NCBI GenBank assembly: GCA_012515515.1
Contig: JAAYYE010000012.1
Coordinates: 48,604-112,603, forward strand
Direction of reading: 5' to 3'
From: Minisyncoccota bacterium
Lineage (GTDB): Bacteria; Patescibacteriota; Microgenomatia; UBA1400; PJMF01
Length of the DNA stretch: 64,000 nucleotides
The notes beneath the pieces are model-generated. The model did not search any database and was not told the origin of the DNA. It was given only the letters and a program-made list of their open reading frames with translations. Shown here piece by piece: positions 30,337 through 40,078 of this stretch (positions are counted from its first letter, which is position 1; each line of letters begins with the position of its first letter). Made by a program: the position numbers and the translations under genes.

Positions 30337-32778
30337 TTGAAACAGCTAAAAAAATCCAAGAGCATGCTGAATAAAAAACTTATTAGTAAAAGCCAAAAAA
30401 AGAAGATTGAGAGCCAGAAAATGAAGATTAAGAGCTCTTTTTTATATTGGCAAAAAAAAATCAAAAAAATTTTTTGGCAAAATAAAAAATGGCGCTTTAC
30501 TTGGATGGCTGCCTTGCTGCTCATCATCGCTGTATTAATCTATTTACTAAAAGATTTACCATCACCTACAAAATTAACTTCTTCAGAAAATTACGCTGTT
30601 AGTACGCAAATTTTTGATCGCAATGGTCAGTTGTTGTATGAGGTGTATGGAGACGAAAACCGCACTCCTGTTGATATTGAGTCTTTGCCCGATCATTTGT
30701 TACAAGCCACCATTGCCATTGAAGATAAAAATTTTTATCGACATCATGGTTTAGACATTCGGGGCTTAGTGAGAGCAGCCATCAATAATATCACTGGCGG
30801 CAACACTCAGGGCGGTTCTACAATCACCCAGCAATTGGTAAAAAATGCTTTATTAACTAAAGATAGAACTTTTGATAGAAAAATTAAAGAAGCCTTCTTA
30901 TCATTTTTAACCGAAATCATTTACAAAAAAGAAGACATTTTAGAAATGTATCTTAACTATATTCCTTATGGAGGCACAGCCGTTGGCGTTGAAGCAGCAG
31001 CCAATCAATATTTCAATAAATCAGCCAAAGATTTAACTATGGCTGAAAGTGCTTTATTAGCTGGATTACCAAAAGCACCTAGCACTTATTCGCCTTTTGG
31101 CGCTTATCCAGAAAAAGCTAAAATGAGACAAAAAGAGGTTTTGCGCCGAATGTCTGAAGACGGATACATCAATAAAGACAGATTGAATGAAGTTGAAAAT
31201 GAAACATTAACTTACGCCCTAAAAAAAACCGATATTAAAGCTCCTCATTTTGTCTTTTACATAATCGATTTGTTGCAAAAAGAATACGGTGAAGACACGG
31301 TTAAAACTGGCGGATTGCGCGTCACCACTACCCTCGATTTAGATTTACAAGAAGCGGCTCAAGCTTCTTTATCTGCCGAAATTAATAAGTTAAGTAATTT
31401 AAAAGTTAGTAACGGAGCGGCTTTGGTCACTAAACCAAACACTGGAGAAATCTTAGCAATGATTGGTAGCAAAAATTATTTTGACATGGATCATGATGGA
31501 CAAGTTAATGTAACTATTGCTTTCAGACAGCCTGGCTCATCAATTAAACCAATTATGTATGCCAGTGCTTTTCAGGAAAAGACACTGAATCCAGGCTCAA
31601 TGCTTTTAGACATCTCCACTTGTTTTAGAGTGACTGGTCAAAAGGATTATTGTCCAAAAAATTATAGTGGCGGATTTTCTGGTCCAGTCACGGTCAGAAA
31701 AGCTTTGGGCAATTCTCTGAATATCCCCGCAGTCAAAGCTTTAAGTACTATTGGCGTTGAAAAATTTATTAAACAAGCCAATAAAATGGGCATTACCAAC
31801 TGGGTTGATCCAAGTCAATATGGCTTATCTTTAACTCTGGGAGGCGGAGAAGTCAGAATGGTCGACATGGCAACTGCTTTTGCTGTGATAGCTAACCAAG
31901 GAGTTAAAGTGCCAAGCACAGCCATTTTAGAAGTAAAAAATTACAAAGGTGAAGTTTTGAGCAGTGCTGATTTGGAAACTCGCAAACAAACATTACTCCA
32001 CATGACTGAAAATGAAGAAATCACTGAAGAAATTGATTTAGAAAGAGTTATGCGGCGAGCGCCAGCCTATCTAACTGCCCACATCATGCAAGACAATAGC
32101 GCTCGCCTCATGGCCTTTGGTAGCAATAGCCAGCTAGTAATTAAAGATAAAGTAGTGAGTGCTAAAACTGGCACCACCAACGACCTAAAAGATAATTGGA
32201 CTGTCGGTTTTACTCCAGAATTTTTAAGCATTGTGTGGGTGGGTAATAATGACAATTCTTCGATGAGTTACTTGGCTTCTGGCATCACTGGTGCCGCACC
32301 AATTTGGAATGATATCATGAGCTATATTTTAGAAAATGAACAAATTATTTGGCCTGAGCGTCCAGCCGATGTAAAGATGGCCTATGTCTGTCAAACAGGC
32401 ATGCCAGCTGATCGTGGTTTGGGCAATAATCGTAACGATTGGATGAATAGAAACACTAGTGATTTAACGCTTAAATTCAACGAACAACAGCAAATTTATT
32501 TACAAGAAACTGACCCAGCGCAAACTTGCCAAGCTGGCGCACAAGAGCTTTATTGGGAAGAATCACTACCAAGCTATTCTGGTAGTTTCCAAAAAGAGTT
32601 TTGGATTCGTAAGGAAACTGGACTACCACCTGCCGTTGGCGAAGAAGCCGATGATTTGGTTTTAGAATTACATCAATTTTATTATGATCCAGTTACTAGC
32701 CTCTACTGTGCTGATTGTACTCGACCAATTGATGAAGAAACTGGCGAAACCATTTTTGAAAAAAATTATGTTAATTAG
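30337..32778 (+). CDS. Class A penicillin-binding protein, second paralog, lysine-rich N-terminal tail
   Basis: ATIAIEDKNFYRHHG, QGGSTITQQLVKN (GT51); transpeptidase SSIKP, SLN, KTGTT. Confidence 0.85.
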   Translation: MKQLKKSKSMLNKKLISKSQKKKIESQKMKIKSSFLYWQKKIKKIFWQNKKWRFTWMAALLLIIAVLIYLLKDLPSPTKLTSSENYAVSTQIFDRNGQLLYEVYGDENRTPVDIESLPDHLLQATIAIEDKNFYRHHGLDIRGLVRAAINNITGGNTQGGSTITQQLVKNALLTKDRTFDRKIKEAFLSFLTEIIYKKEDILEMYLNYIPYGGTAVGVEAAANQYFNKSAKDLTMAESALLAGLPKAPSTYSPFGAYPEKAKMRQKEVLRRMSEDGYINKDRLNEVENETLTYALKKTDIKAPHFVFYIIDLLQKEYGEDTVKTGGLRVTTTLDLDLQEAAQASLSAEINKLSNLKVSNGAALVTKPNTGEILAMIGSKNYFDMDHDGQVNVTIAFRQPGSSIKPIMYASAFQEKTLNPGSMLLDISTCFRVTGQKDYCPKNYSGGFSGPVTVRKALGNSLNIPAVKALSTIGVEKFIKQANKMGITNWVDPSQYGLSLTLGGGEVRMVDMATAFAVIANQGVKVPSTAILEVKNYKGEVLSSADLETRKQTLLHMTENEEITEEIDLERVMRRAPAYLTAHIMQDNSARLMAFGSNSQLVIKDKVVSAKTGTTNDLKDNWTVGFTPEFLSIVWVGNNDNSSMSYLASGITGAAPIWNDIMSYILENEQIIWPERPADVKMAYVCQTGMPADRGLGNNRNDWMNRNTSDLTLKFNEQQQIYLQETDPAQTCQAGAQELYWEESLPSYSGSFQKEFWIRKETGLPPAVGEEADDLVLELHQFYYDPVTSLYCADCTRPIDEETGETIFEKNYVN

Positions 32779-32805
32779 TGAATTAGTTATTAACAATTAC
32801 ATGAG

Positions 32806-34068
32806 GTGACAAAAAAATTTAAATTTTTCTTCTTTTTTTTAAGTATCGTCGCTTCTGCTCTTATTCTTTATGCGGGCTTTAGGCTTTGGCAAAACAATTT
32901 AAAATCGCCAATTGGCGATAATTTTTCGTTTAAGAACGTGACAGATTGGTTCAAATTTAAAACAAACCATCAGCAAAAAATTGTTTATGGTTTTTTGCCT
33001 TATTGGAATTTAAATAAAATCAAAGTTCAAGATGAACTCACACATTTAAGCTATTTTGCTCTAGAGGTTGGCGCCGATGGGCAAATCGTCACCCACAGTC
33101 GACCTGGAGAAACTGAACCTGGTTACCGCCAGCTTAATAGTGATGAGTTTTTAAATTTGCTTGACAACAATCAATTTAAAAATGAATTGGTACTAAGTCA
33201 ATTTGACGCATCAACAATTAAACAGTTTTTAGACAACCAGCGGGCTTGGATTACCCTAATCGAACAAATCGACAGTTTATTGCTTGCCTACCCCTTCACG
33301 GGTATTAATCTTGATTTTGAATATCCAGGCGAGGTAAGTGATCAATTACGCCAACAATTTGTTAACTTAGTCATCAGTATTCATCAACATTTAGCAGCTC
33401 GTCAAGAAAAAATTAACTTAAGCATCGATGTTTATGCGAGCGCTGGCAATCAAAATAAAAAATTACTTTGGGACATTAAGCAGCTTGAACCCCATTTAGA
33501 TTACCTAATTGTGATGGCCTATGATTTCCATCGACAAAATTCGACCCAAGCTGGGCCAGGAGCACCTTTGCTCGGTGGACAAGAGCTATGGACAAGCGAT
33601 ATTAATACTTTAATGAAAGGCTTTTTCGAGCAAGTTCCTCGAGAAAAAATTTTGTTAGGGTTGCCATTTTATGGCTATGGCTGGCAAACCGATAGCATAG
33701 ACCCTCGAGCCAATACTTATCCAGGAACTGGTTTCACTGTTAGTTATCAAGAAGCTTTGGCACTCAAAAGTTTAAGTGGTCGTTGGGAAAATTGCCGCAA
33801 TTTGAATCTTTATTGGCAAGAAGAGGCGCTGTCGCCTTTTGCCACTTTAAACTGTCCCAAAGAAAATCCAGGAGGTAATGATAAAACCGAGAATGAAGAA
33901 GAGGCGGAATTACTTAATTATTTAGTTTATTTTGAAAATGCTCAATCTCTGCAATACAAAATAGATTATGCAAAACAATTAGACTTAGCTGGAATTGCTA
34001 TTTGGGCACTAGGATATGAGGGAGAAAGTCGAGATTTGTGGGAAGTGGTGAAGAGCTTGAATAATTAA
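32806..34068 (+). CDS. Glycoside hydrolase family 18 (chitinase/peptidoglycan hydrolase-like), secreted/membrane-anchored
   Basis: N-terminal TM/signal; catalytic GINLDFEYPG (DxxDxDxE) motif; MAYDFH; YGYGW. Confidence 0.6.
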   Translation: MTKKFKFFFFFLSIVASALILYAGFRLWQNNLKSPIGDNFSFKNVTDWFKFKTNHQQKIVYGFLPYWNLNKIKVQDELTHLSYFALEVGADGQIVTHSRPGETEPGYRQLNSDEFLNLLDNNQFKNELVLSQFDASTIKQFLDNQRAWITLIEQIDSLLLAYPFTGINLDFEYPGEVSDQLRQQFVNLVISIHQHLAARQEKINLSIDVYASAGNQNKKLLWDIKQLEPHLDYLIVMAYDFHRQNSTQAGPGAPLLGGQELWTSDINTLMKGFFEQVPREKILLGLPFYGYGWQTDSIDPRANTYPGTGFTVSYQEALALKSLSGRWENCRNLNLYWQEEALSPFATLNCPKENPGGNDKTENEEEAELLNYLVYFENAQSLQYKIDYAKQLDLAGIAIWALGYEGESRDLWEVVKSLNN

Positions 34069-34080
34069 ATGAGGAGAAAA

Positions 34081-36105
34081 TTAAAAATCTTTGCTAAATT
34101 GCTTCGCTAAGAAGAAAGACCAGGTTCCCGTAGCTACAAAAAACAAGCCTATTACCAATAAACTTAAGGTGTTAAATGTTGAGCCCGCATTATAGGTACC
34201 ACTTTGGGTAGAAACCACAGTTTCTCTAATACTGGCTGTTGCTTCTTCAATAGGTTCGACTGTGGGAACGGGAGTTGGCGTTACATCTTTAACTGGTAAA
34301 TAAGGATCGCCAGTGCCATGAGGCAAGTCTGAGCCTGTTTGAGCGCTAGCAATAGGTCTCGTTTCATTTTCAATATTACTGCCAGGAGGAGAAACTGTAA
34401 AATTATAGCTTTTAGACACTTCTTGACCGGTTCCTGGATCGATGTAGGTATAATTAATGCTGTGCTCTCCAGGGCTTAAGTTCTTTTTTAAACTGGCTAT
34501 ATCGACCTCAACATTGCCATCGGCATCTGTTTCTACAATGGTTTCAATGGCAGTGTCTGAATGAATCTCGATTTTAACAGTGACATTGGGTGGTAAATTA
34601 GCCTTAATGATTGGCTGGGTGCTTGTTATAACATTATCTTGAGCTGTGCTAGCTTCATCAACTTCGTTTAAATCTAGTATTCGCTGACTATCAGCCAAAG
34701 CTGTTATCTCCTCCTCACCCCATTCATTCTCTAATTGGTTGTTTTGTGCTAAATTGGCATCAGTGCTTGCTTCTTCTTGGATAACTTCGTGTGTTTCCAG
34801 CTCTTCACTATCAACAGAATTTTCGCTACTTTCAAACTCCTCAGCCAACAATTCTTCTCTGGTGGTTAATGATTCTTCGCTAGCCTCCTGACCAACAATA
34901 ATTTCTGGCACCGGTTGAGCGCCAGCCACATTCACCACTCTATTAGAGACTGAATTTAAATCAATTCCTTGAACTTTGATTGATAAAACAGTATCTTCAC
35001 TTACTTGTGGGTAAGCATTAAGACTTAAATTAAAAGCATTGGCTAAAGACACTGCCCAACTTCCAGAGGATTTAACAATAGTTGATAAAGCGCCAGCTCC
35101 CTCAGGAGTAACAAAGACAATTGCCCCCTCTCCAGGCTGACCACTTATCTGACCAACTGTTCCATAGATTGTTTGATTATTTGGAGAAGCATTGCTTAAA
35201 CTACTTGCGGTTGTGATTTGATAAGGAGCACCATTGTTATCAAAACTTGAATTGCTGCCAGTGCTTAAATTGTAATAGTAGCTTGTATTTGGCTCTAAAC
35301 CTCTGACTGTAATATGGTGTAAACGATACGGCTTAATTACACCAGACAACTGATCACGATCATCACTAGCCTGTTGTTTTATATCATTAGCGCTTGGACC
35401 ATATTTAACAGAAGCAATAATCTCTTCATCAGTATAAAAAGAAACTGTAAAGGCTTTGTCTGTGACATTGCTGACAACAATATTTTGCGGAGTTGTGGCT
35501 GGTGTCGCTCTCGGAGCAAACAGCCCGGTGCCATTTCCAAACAAGAGCACTCCCGCCACCATGGAAACAATTAAAATCAGTAAACCCAAAAGTGTTGGGA
35601 TTTTTTTCTTAACTGTTTTATTATCTGTTTTTTTATCTGTTTTTCCGCCTGAAATTTTCCATTTTTTTGAGGGTTTTTCTTTAGCTTTTTTGCCAATTTC
35701 TTCAGTTGGTACAACTTTATCTTTATTTGAATTTGCTTTTGGCATTGTCTTTGCGGGTGAGCTTGGAGCAACGCTTGGAGTTGGAGTTTGAACTGGGGCT
35801 GGAATTGGAGCTACAGCTTGAGCTGGGACTACAACCTTGCCTGCAGCTGATGTTGGACTGGTAGCTGATGCTACACCTGGCGGAGAGGAACCCGCTGGAG
35901 CGACTACTTTTGGAGTTGCGCTCGGCAATTTTACTTGTTTTGTTAGATTAATTTGCGCGGGATTGGCTTTTTGAGTATTAACCAACGGATTTGGCATTTT
36001 TACAGGGGTATTGGTTTGAGCAGTTGCGGATTGAGGAGGCACCGGCTTTGGCAAATTTAAACCTAGTTGAGGATTAGTTGGTTGATTTTGATTTAAAATT
36101 TGCAT
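34081..36105 (-). CDS. Large surface protein: Pro/Thr/Ala-rich N-terminal region, TM, fibronectin type III-like domain, acidic region, C-terminal TM anchor
   Basis: Low-complexity PTPS-rich N-terminus; FTVSFYTDE...YGPS...HHITVRGLEPNTSYYY Fn3/PAP-N-like block; C-terminal hydrophobic LLVIGLFFVATGTWSFFLA. Confidence 0.4.
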   Translation of the reverse strand: MQILNQNQPTNPQLGLNLPKPVPPQSATAQTNTPVKMPNPLVNTQKANPAQINLTKQVKLPSATPKVVAPAGSSPPGVASATSPTSAAGKVVVPAQAVAPIPAPVQTPTPSVAPSSPAKTMPKANSNKDKVVPTEEIGKKAKEKPSKKWKISGGKTDKKTDNKTVKKKIPTLLGLLILIVSMVAGVLLFGNGTGLFAPRATPATTPQNIVVSNVTDKAFTVSFYTDEEIIASVKYGPSANDIKQQASDDRDQLSGVIKPYRLHHITVRGLEPNTSYYYNLSTGSNSSFDNNGAPYQITTASSLSNASPNNQTIYGTVGQISGQPGEGAIVFVTPEGAGALSTIVKSSGSWAVSLANAFNLSLNAYPQVSEDTVLSIKVQGIDLNSVSNRVVNVAGAQPVPEIIVGQEASEESLTTREELLAEEFESSENSVDSEELETHEVIQEEASTDANLAQNNQLENEWGEEEITALADSQRILDLNEVDEASTAQDNVITSTQPIIKANLPPNVTVKIEIHSDTAIETIVETDADGNVEVDIASLKKNLSPGEHSINYTYIDPGTGQEVSKSYNFTVSPPGSNIENETRPIASAQTGSDLPHGTGDPYLPVKDVTPTPVPTVEPIEEATASIRETVVSTQSGTYNAGSTFNTLSLLVIGLFFVATGTWSFFLAKQFSKDF

Positions 36106-36233
36106 ACCAATAACAAGACAGTCAAAGTGTCTTGTTTTACTCTATACGAATTGAAAATAGATCACAAGGCGAAAAAAAACCAAACATTGCTTGAAAAGCA
36201 AATAACAGTCCTAAGAGGCCATGTGATCTAAAA

Positions 36234-36716
36234 TTAGTATTCGGCAAAATTATTTTCTTCGATAATTTCTTCTGCAGCTTCATCTGCCACTTCAGCTTCA
36301 TATTCAAATTCATCCGCAACTTCCGCTTCATATTCGGCTTCATCTTCAACTACATTTTCACCTTCGCCTTCATTATTTATTGATAAATCAGTGATATTCG
36401 TTAAAACACCTTCTTCCTTACTCTTAGCATCGCCAAACTTAAAATAGACAAAAATGGGAAAGGACTCTAATTCTTCATCGCTTACTAGTCGTTTTTCTTC
36501 AATTAGTGAGAAAACGTCGGTTTCTAAGCGAGGAACTAGTGGTTTAGCAATTGCTGTTAAATGTGAATCAATTTGCACTTTTTTTTGAGAAGTGAAAATA
36601 CTAATGGCAGTCCAAAGCAAAATCAGCACTAAAAACAAAACGCCAACCCATAGAATGCTTTTTTGACGACGCAAGCGATTCAACTCTTGTTTTAGTCTGG
36701 CTTTTTCTTTATTCAT
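36234..36716 (-). CDS. Hypothetical single-TM protein with highly acidic repetitive C-terminus
   Basis: TM ILWVGVLFLVLILLWTAISIF; C-terminal EYEAEVADE repeats encoded by 27-nt tandem repeat. Confidence 0.3.
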   Translation of the reverse strand: MNKEKARLKQELNRLRRQKSILWVGVLFLVLILLWTAISIFTSQKKVQIDSHLTAIAKPLVPRLETDVFSLIEEKRLVSDEELESFPIFVYFKFGDAKSKEEGVLTNITDLSINNEGEGENVVEDEAEYEAEVADEFEYEAEVADEAAEEIIEENNFAEY

Positions 36717-37348
36717 TCTTTATCCAAAGTTGAACTTAATAAATAATGCGGCAAAGAAACTTTTAATTGAGCTGCTAAATTATCAGACTCTGTCATCTTT
36801 TCTATTAAAACCTGATCAACCACCACCACTTGTCGTAAATTCATAATTTTTTCAATAAATTCTCTAATGTCTATATAAGAGCCAATAACACCTACATTTA
36901 TGCTTAAAAATTCACGCTGATAATCCCCAAAATCGCCACTTAGCAGTTCAGTTTCAACTGTTTCTGGCACTTTTTGAACACTCATTCGGTCAATCGCAAA
37001 TTCTCCCTCTCCTGCTAATTTTTCAATTTTTTTCAAGGATTTAACTAAATCTAGTTGTCTAGGAATTGCCTCATCTAATAAATAAAATTGAGGTTGATAA
37101 AGATCATATTGTTCCTGAGCTGAGGCTAAGCTGGCTAATTTTAGATCCAGCTGTTTATTAATCTCTTTTTTATCAGCAATTTCTTTAACCAAGTCAGCCA
37201 TAGTAATTAAAGTCGGACGTATAGCGAAAAGAGCAAAAAAAATGACGACTATTACTGATAAAATTAATTCAATTGATACTCTGGCTACCGGTTTTTGATA
37301 GAAATCCATTAAAACTGTTGCTAATTGTTCTTGTTTGCTTTTTGCCAT
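36713..37348 (-). CDS. PilO-like bitopic membrane protein (TM + coiled coil + C-terminal domain)
   Basis: Architecture only: N-terminal TM, coiled coil, about 100-aa C-domain; 4-nt overlap with downstream gene. Confidence 0.25.
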   Translation of the reverse strand: MAKSKQEQLATVLMDFYQKPVARVSIELILSVIVVIFFALFAIRPTLITMADLVKEIADKKEINKQLDLKLASLASAQEQYDLYQPQFYLLDEAIPRQLDLVKSLKKIEKLAGEGEFAIDRMSVQKVPETVETELLSGDFGDYQREFLSINVGVIGSYIDIREFIEKIMNLRQVVVVDQVLIEKMTESDNLAAQLKVSLPHYLLSSTLDKE

Positions 37349-37357
37349 AACTTTTAA

Positions 37358-37957
37358 TTATTTATTCGTTTGTTCGCTAGATTTATTGTTTGCGACAATT
37401 TTTGCCTGCATATCAAACATTAAGCCTGGTAAATCCTCACCTCTAGATTCAATGCTACCTATGCTCACCTCTTCGAAGTGTGGCGATAATTGCACATTTC
37501 TAACTAAAATATCAAAAGCTGTTTGAGATAGGGCTATGCCTGAAAATACCACTTCGCTGGGTTTAATTGTCAACTCATCCAAGATAACATTGCTTGGAAT
37601 TGTTTCGTTTAATAGCGGAAAAATTTCTACTAAATTGGCTTCTTGCTGCAGCTGCTTGATATCGGTCATTTGAGCTTGAACAAACAGGAAGCGTTTTTCT
37701 AGATCGCCATAAGATTCTATAGCCATTTTTTGTTGACTTATAGCTGAATTTAGATCTGTTACTTGCCGATCTAAAACAAAACGGGTTAAAAAACTAATAA
37801 TTACCACTAATTGAGTAAAAATTACGATATAACGCCCTATAGAGACAGTCCACTTTAGAGATCGACCGATGGCTGTTTCAAAAAAAGGATCCTTGGGTAT
37901 TAAGTTGACATCTAAAACAACCGCAGTTCCTTTTTGCTTTTTTCTAGCTTTGGGCAT
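37358..37957 (-). CDS. PilN-like protein (type IV pilus/competence assembly)
   Basis: N-terminal VLDVNLIPKDP resembling PilN INLLP motif followed by TM and coiled coil. Confidence 0.35.
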   Translation of the reverse strand: MPKARKKQKGTAVVLDVNLIPKDPFFETAIGRSLKWTVSIGRYIVIFTQLVVIISFLTRFVLDRQVTDLNSAISQQKMAIESYGDLEKRFLFVQAQMTDIKQLQQEANLVEIFPLLNETIPSNVILDELTIKPSEVVFSGIALSQTAFDILVRNVQLSPHFEEVSIGSIESRGEDLPGLMFDMQAKIVANNKSSEQTNK

Positions 37958-38016
37958 TAATCCTATTGTAAATTAATTAAAGAGAGAATAAAAGAGCTTC
38001 TTCCTTGAGTAATCAA

Positions 38017-39705
38017 CTATTTACCCAATTCACCATCGATTGAGCTATCTAAAAGCACCTCTTCAGAATCACTAAAAACCGATTGCCATTTACCAAACTT
38101 AGCAATTAAACTATTGAAGTATTTCAATTCTTTAACATCAAACAAAATAGAGAAATAAATATAGGCCAACAAAGCAATAGTGCCTGTCGATACTGTCAAG
38201 GCTATTAAATCAACAGTTCTAGTGGTATCGAAAACAACTTCGTCGAGAATCTTAAAGGGTAAATATAAAAAGACAGCCATAAAAAAACTAGCCAAGAGTA
38301 TCTTTAACTGTGGTAAAAAGAAATCTTTAAAATTAAAGCATTTAATTTTTTTATGCAACAATATTAACATCAACAATAGCTCAACAAATGCGGTCAGGGT
38401 AATCGCGATGCCAATGGCATATACACCCCAATTAAAAACATAAATTCCCAGAATGTTAACAATTATGTAAGTTGCCATGGAGATCATTGACACTAAAAAC
38501 GGAGAATGACTATCCTTTAAGGCATAAAAACTACGCACTAAGAGTTGCACCATGGCTTGAGCGGTGATGGAAATAGCTATCAAGGCAACAATTTTGCCCG
38601 TGGTAACAGTAGTTTGCCAGGGGAAGTTGGCTGTTCCAAATATTAAGCGCACTGCCGGAACACGTAAAATTAATAAAAGCACCGAGGCCGGCATGGCTAG
38701 AAAAGAAATTTGATTGAGAGACTGAATTAGCAACTTATTAAATTTTTGCCTATTCTCCTCTGATGATTCTTCAGATAAAAAAGGAAATGATGCCTGACTA
38801 ATTGGCACACCAAAAAAACGAATTGGCAAGGTCATTAAACGCCGAGCTAAAGTAATAATCACAAAACTTAAATCTCCAACGCTAGTCGCAAAAAAACCTA
38901 AGGCTAAATTTTGTACTTCACTGATGCCCACGGTTAATAATCGAGGAGGCATCATTTTAAATAGTTTTTTAACACCTGCAAAACGAATATTAAGCAGAGG
39001 TTTCCAGCGATAACCTGTTTTCAGCACGAGGGGGAGCTGAACTAAAAAATGTAAAGCAGCTCCGATCACCACTCCTAAACCCGCTGCATAAATTCCTAAG
39101 TATTTAGCTAAAAATACTGAGCTTAAGATAATTCCCAGATTATAAACAAGAGGGGCTAGCGCAGGAACAATAAAACGCTGATAAGCCTGCAAAATACCTG
39201 TTAAAAAATTAGAAATGGCAAAGAAAAATTGAGCAAATAACATTATTCTGGTTAAATTGACAGCAGTGTCGATTTGCTCAGGAGTAAACTCAACTCCAGT
39301 GCGAGCCATGGTAATGGGACGAGCAAAAATGAAAGCAATAACGGAAAAAATGGCAAAAATTAATAAGACTAAGTTCATCACTATCGATGTAAATTGAAAA
39401 GCTTTCTGCTCGTTTTTTTTCTTTAATTCTGCAAATAAAGGAATAAAAGCAGCTGAGAGAGCTCCCAAAACAATGAGCTGAAACAATAGATCTGGGATTT
39501 GAAAAGCAATTTGAAAAGCCTCATAGGCTTGTTGACTGGCTAACTCATTAAAAAACAGCTTAATTAAAACTCTTTCTCTCAATAAACCCAACAATGAAGA
39601 AGAAATATTAGCCACAGTAATAATAAATGCTGCAGACAAAATAGAGTTTTGTTTTTTAGCTAACCAGTGAGAGTTGCTTTGAAAAAGTTTATTAAAAGAA
39701 ATCAT
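38017..39705 (-). CDS. murJ: Lipid II flippase MurJ (MviN)
   Basis: 14-TM MOP-superfamily pattern with conserved N-terminal SRxLGxxRExxxAxxFG-like motif (SLLGLLRERVLIKLFFNELASQQAYEAFQIAFQIPDLLF). Confidence 0.7.
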   Translation of the reverse strand: MISFNKLFQSNSHWLAKKQNSILSAAFIITVANISSSLLGLLRERVLIKLFFNELASQQAYEAFQIAFQIPDLLFQLIVLGALSAAFIPLFAELKKKNEQKAFQFTSIVMNLVLLIFAIFSVIAFIFARPITMARTGVEFTPEQIDTAVNLTRIMLFAQFFFAISNFLTGILQAYQRFIVPALAPLVYNLGIILSSVFLAKYLGIYAAGLGVVIGAALHFLVQLPLVLKTGYRWKPLLNIRFAGVKKLFKMMPPRLLTVGISEVQNLALGFFATSVGDLSFVIITLARRLMTLPIRFFGVPISQASFPFLSEESSEENRQKFNKLLIQSLNQISFLAMPASVLLLILRVPAVRLIFGTANFPWQTTVTTGKIVALIAISITAQAMVQLLVRSFYALKDSHSPFLVSMISMATYIIVNILGIYVFNWGVYAIGIAITLTAFVELLLMLILLHKKIKCFNFKDFFLPQLKILLASFFMAVFLYLPFKILDEVVFDTTRTVDLIALTVSTGTIALLAYIYFSILFDVKELKYFNSLIAKFGKWQSVFSDSEEVLLDSSIDGELGK

Positions 39706-39776
39706 GGCTAAAGCTAATTATAGAGAAAATAAAGAAAAAATAAATCTAAGAATTAATTTGCTCAACTTGTGGGATC

Positions 39777-39805
39777 TTGTATGATAGTCTTTTTTCTTGT
39801 ATAAT
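39777..39805 (+). promoter_or_regulatory. Sigma70-like promoter of rpsT (TTGTAT-17-TATAAT)
   Basis: -35 39777-39782, -10 39800-39805, AAAGGAAA RBS before ATG 39837. Confidence 0.45.
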
Positions 39806-39836
39806 CGCCTCTTGTTAAATTGAAAAGGAAATAACA

Positions 39837-40073
39837 ATGCCAATTTTAAAAGGCGCTAAAAAAGCACTCAGAGTTAGTAAGAAAAAAAACCTCATTAATC
39901 GTAGACTGAAATCGCAAATGAAAACAGCTATTGATCAGGTCAAAAAAGAAATTAATCCAAAAAACGTATCTTTGGCTAGTAGCAAAATCGATCGAGCTGT
40001 GAAAAAAAATATTATCCATAAAAATAAAGCAGCTCGCGTCAAATCTCAACTTGCTAAGCTTAAAAGCAAATAA
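39837..40073 (+). CDS. rpsT: 30S ribosomal protein S20
   Basis: MPILKGAKKALR...IHKNKAARVKSQLAKL typical S20. Confidence 0.85.
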   Translation: MPILKGAKKALRVSKKKNLINRRLKSQMKTAIDQVKKEINPKNVSLASSKIDRAVKKNIIHKNKAARVKSQLAKLKSK

Positions 40074-40078
40074 AGACC

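Noticed and set aside
30261-30527. 88-aa minus-strand ORF overlapping the start of the second PBP gene
   Set aside because: Hydrophobic low-complexity translation of the antisense of the PBP lysine-rich leader region. Spurious.
36137-36349. 70-aa ORF between the surface-protein gene and the acidic-repeat gene
   Set aside because: It overlaps the 3' end of the 160-aa gene in another frame, is lysine/leucine low-complexity, and is likely spurious.
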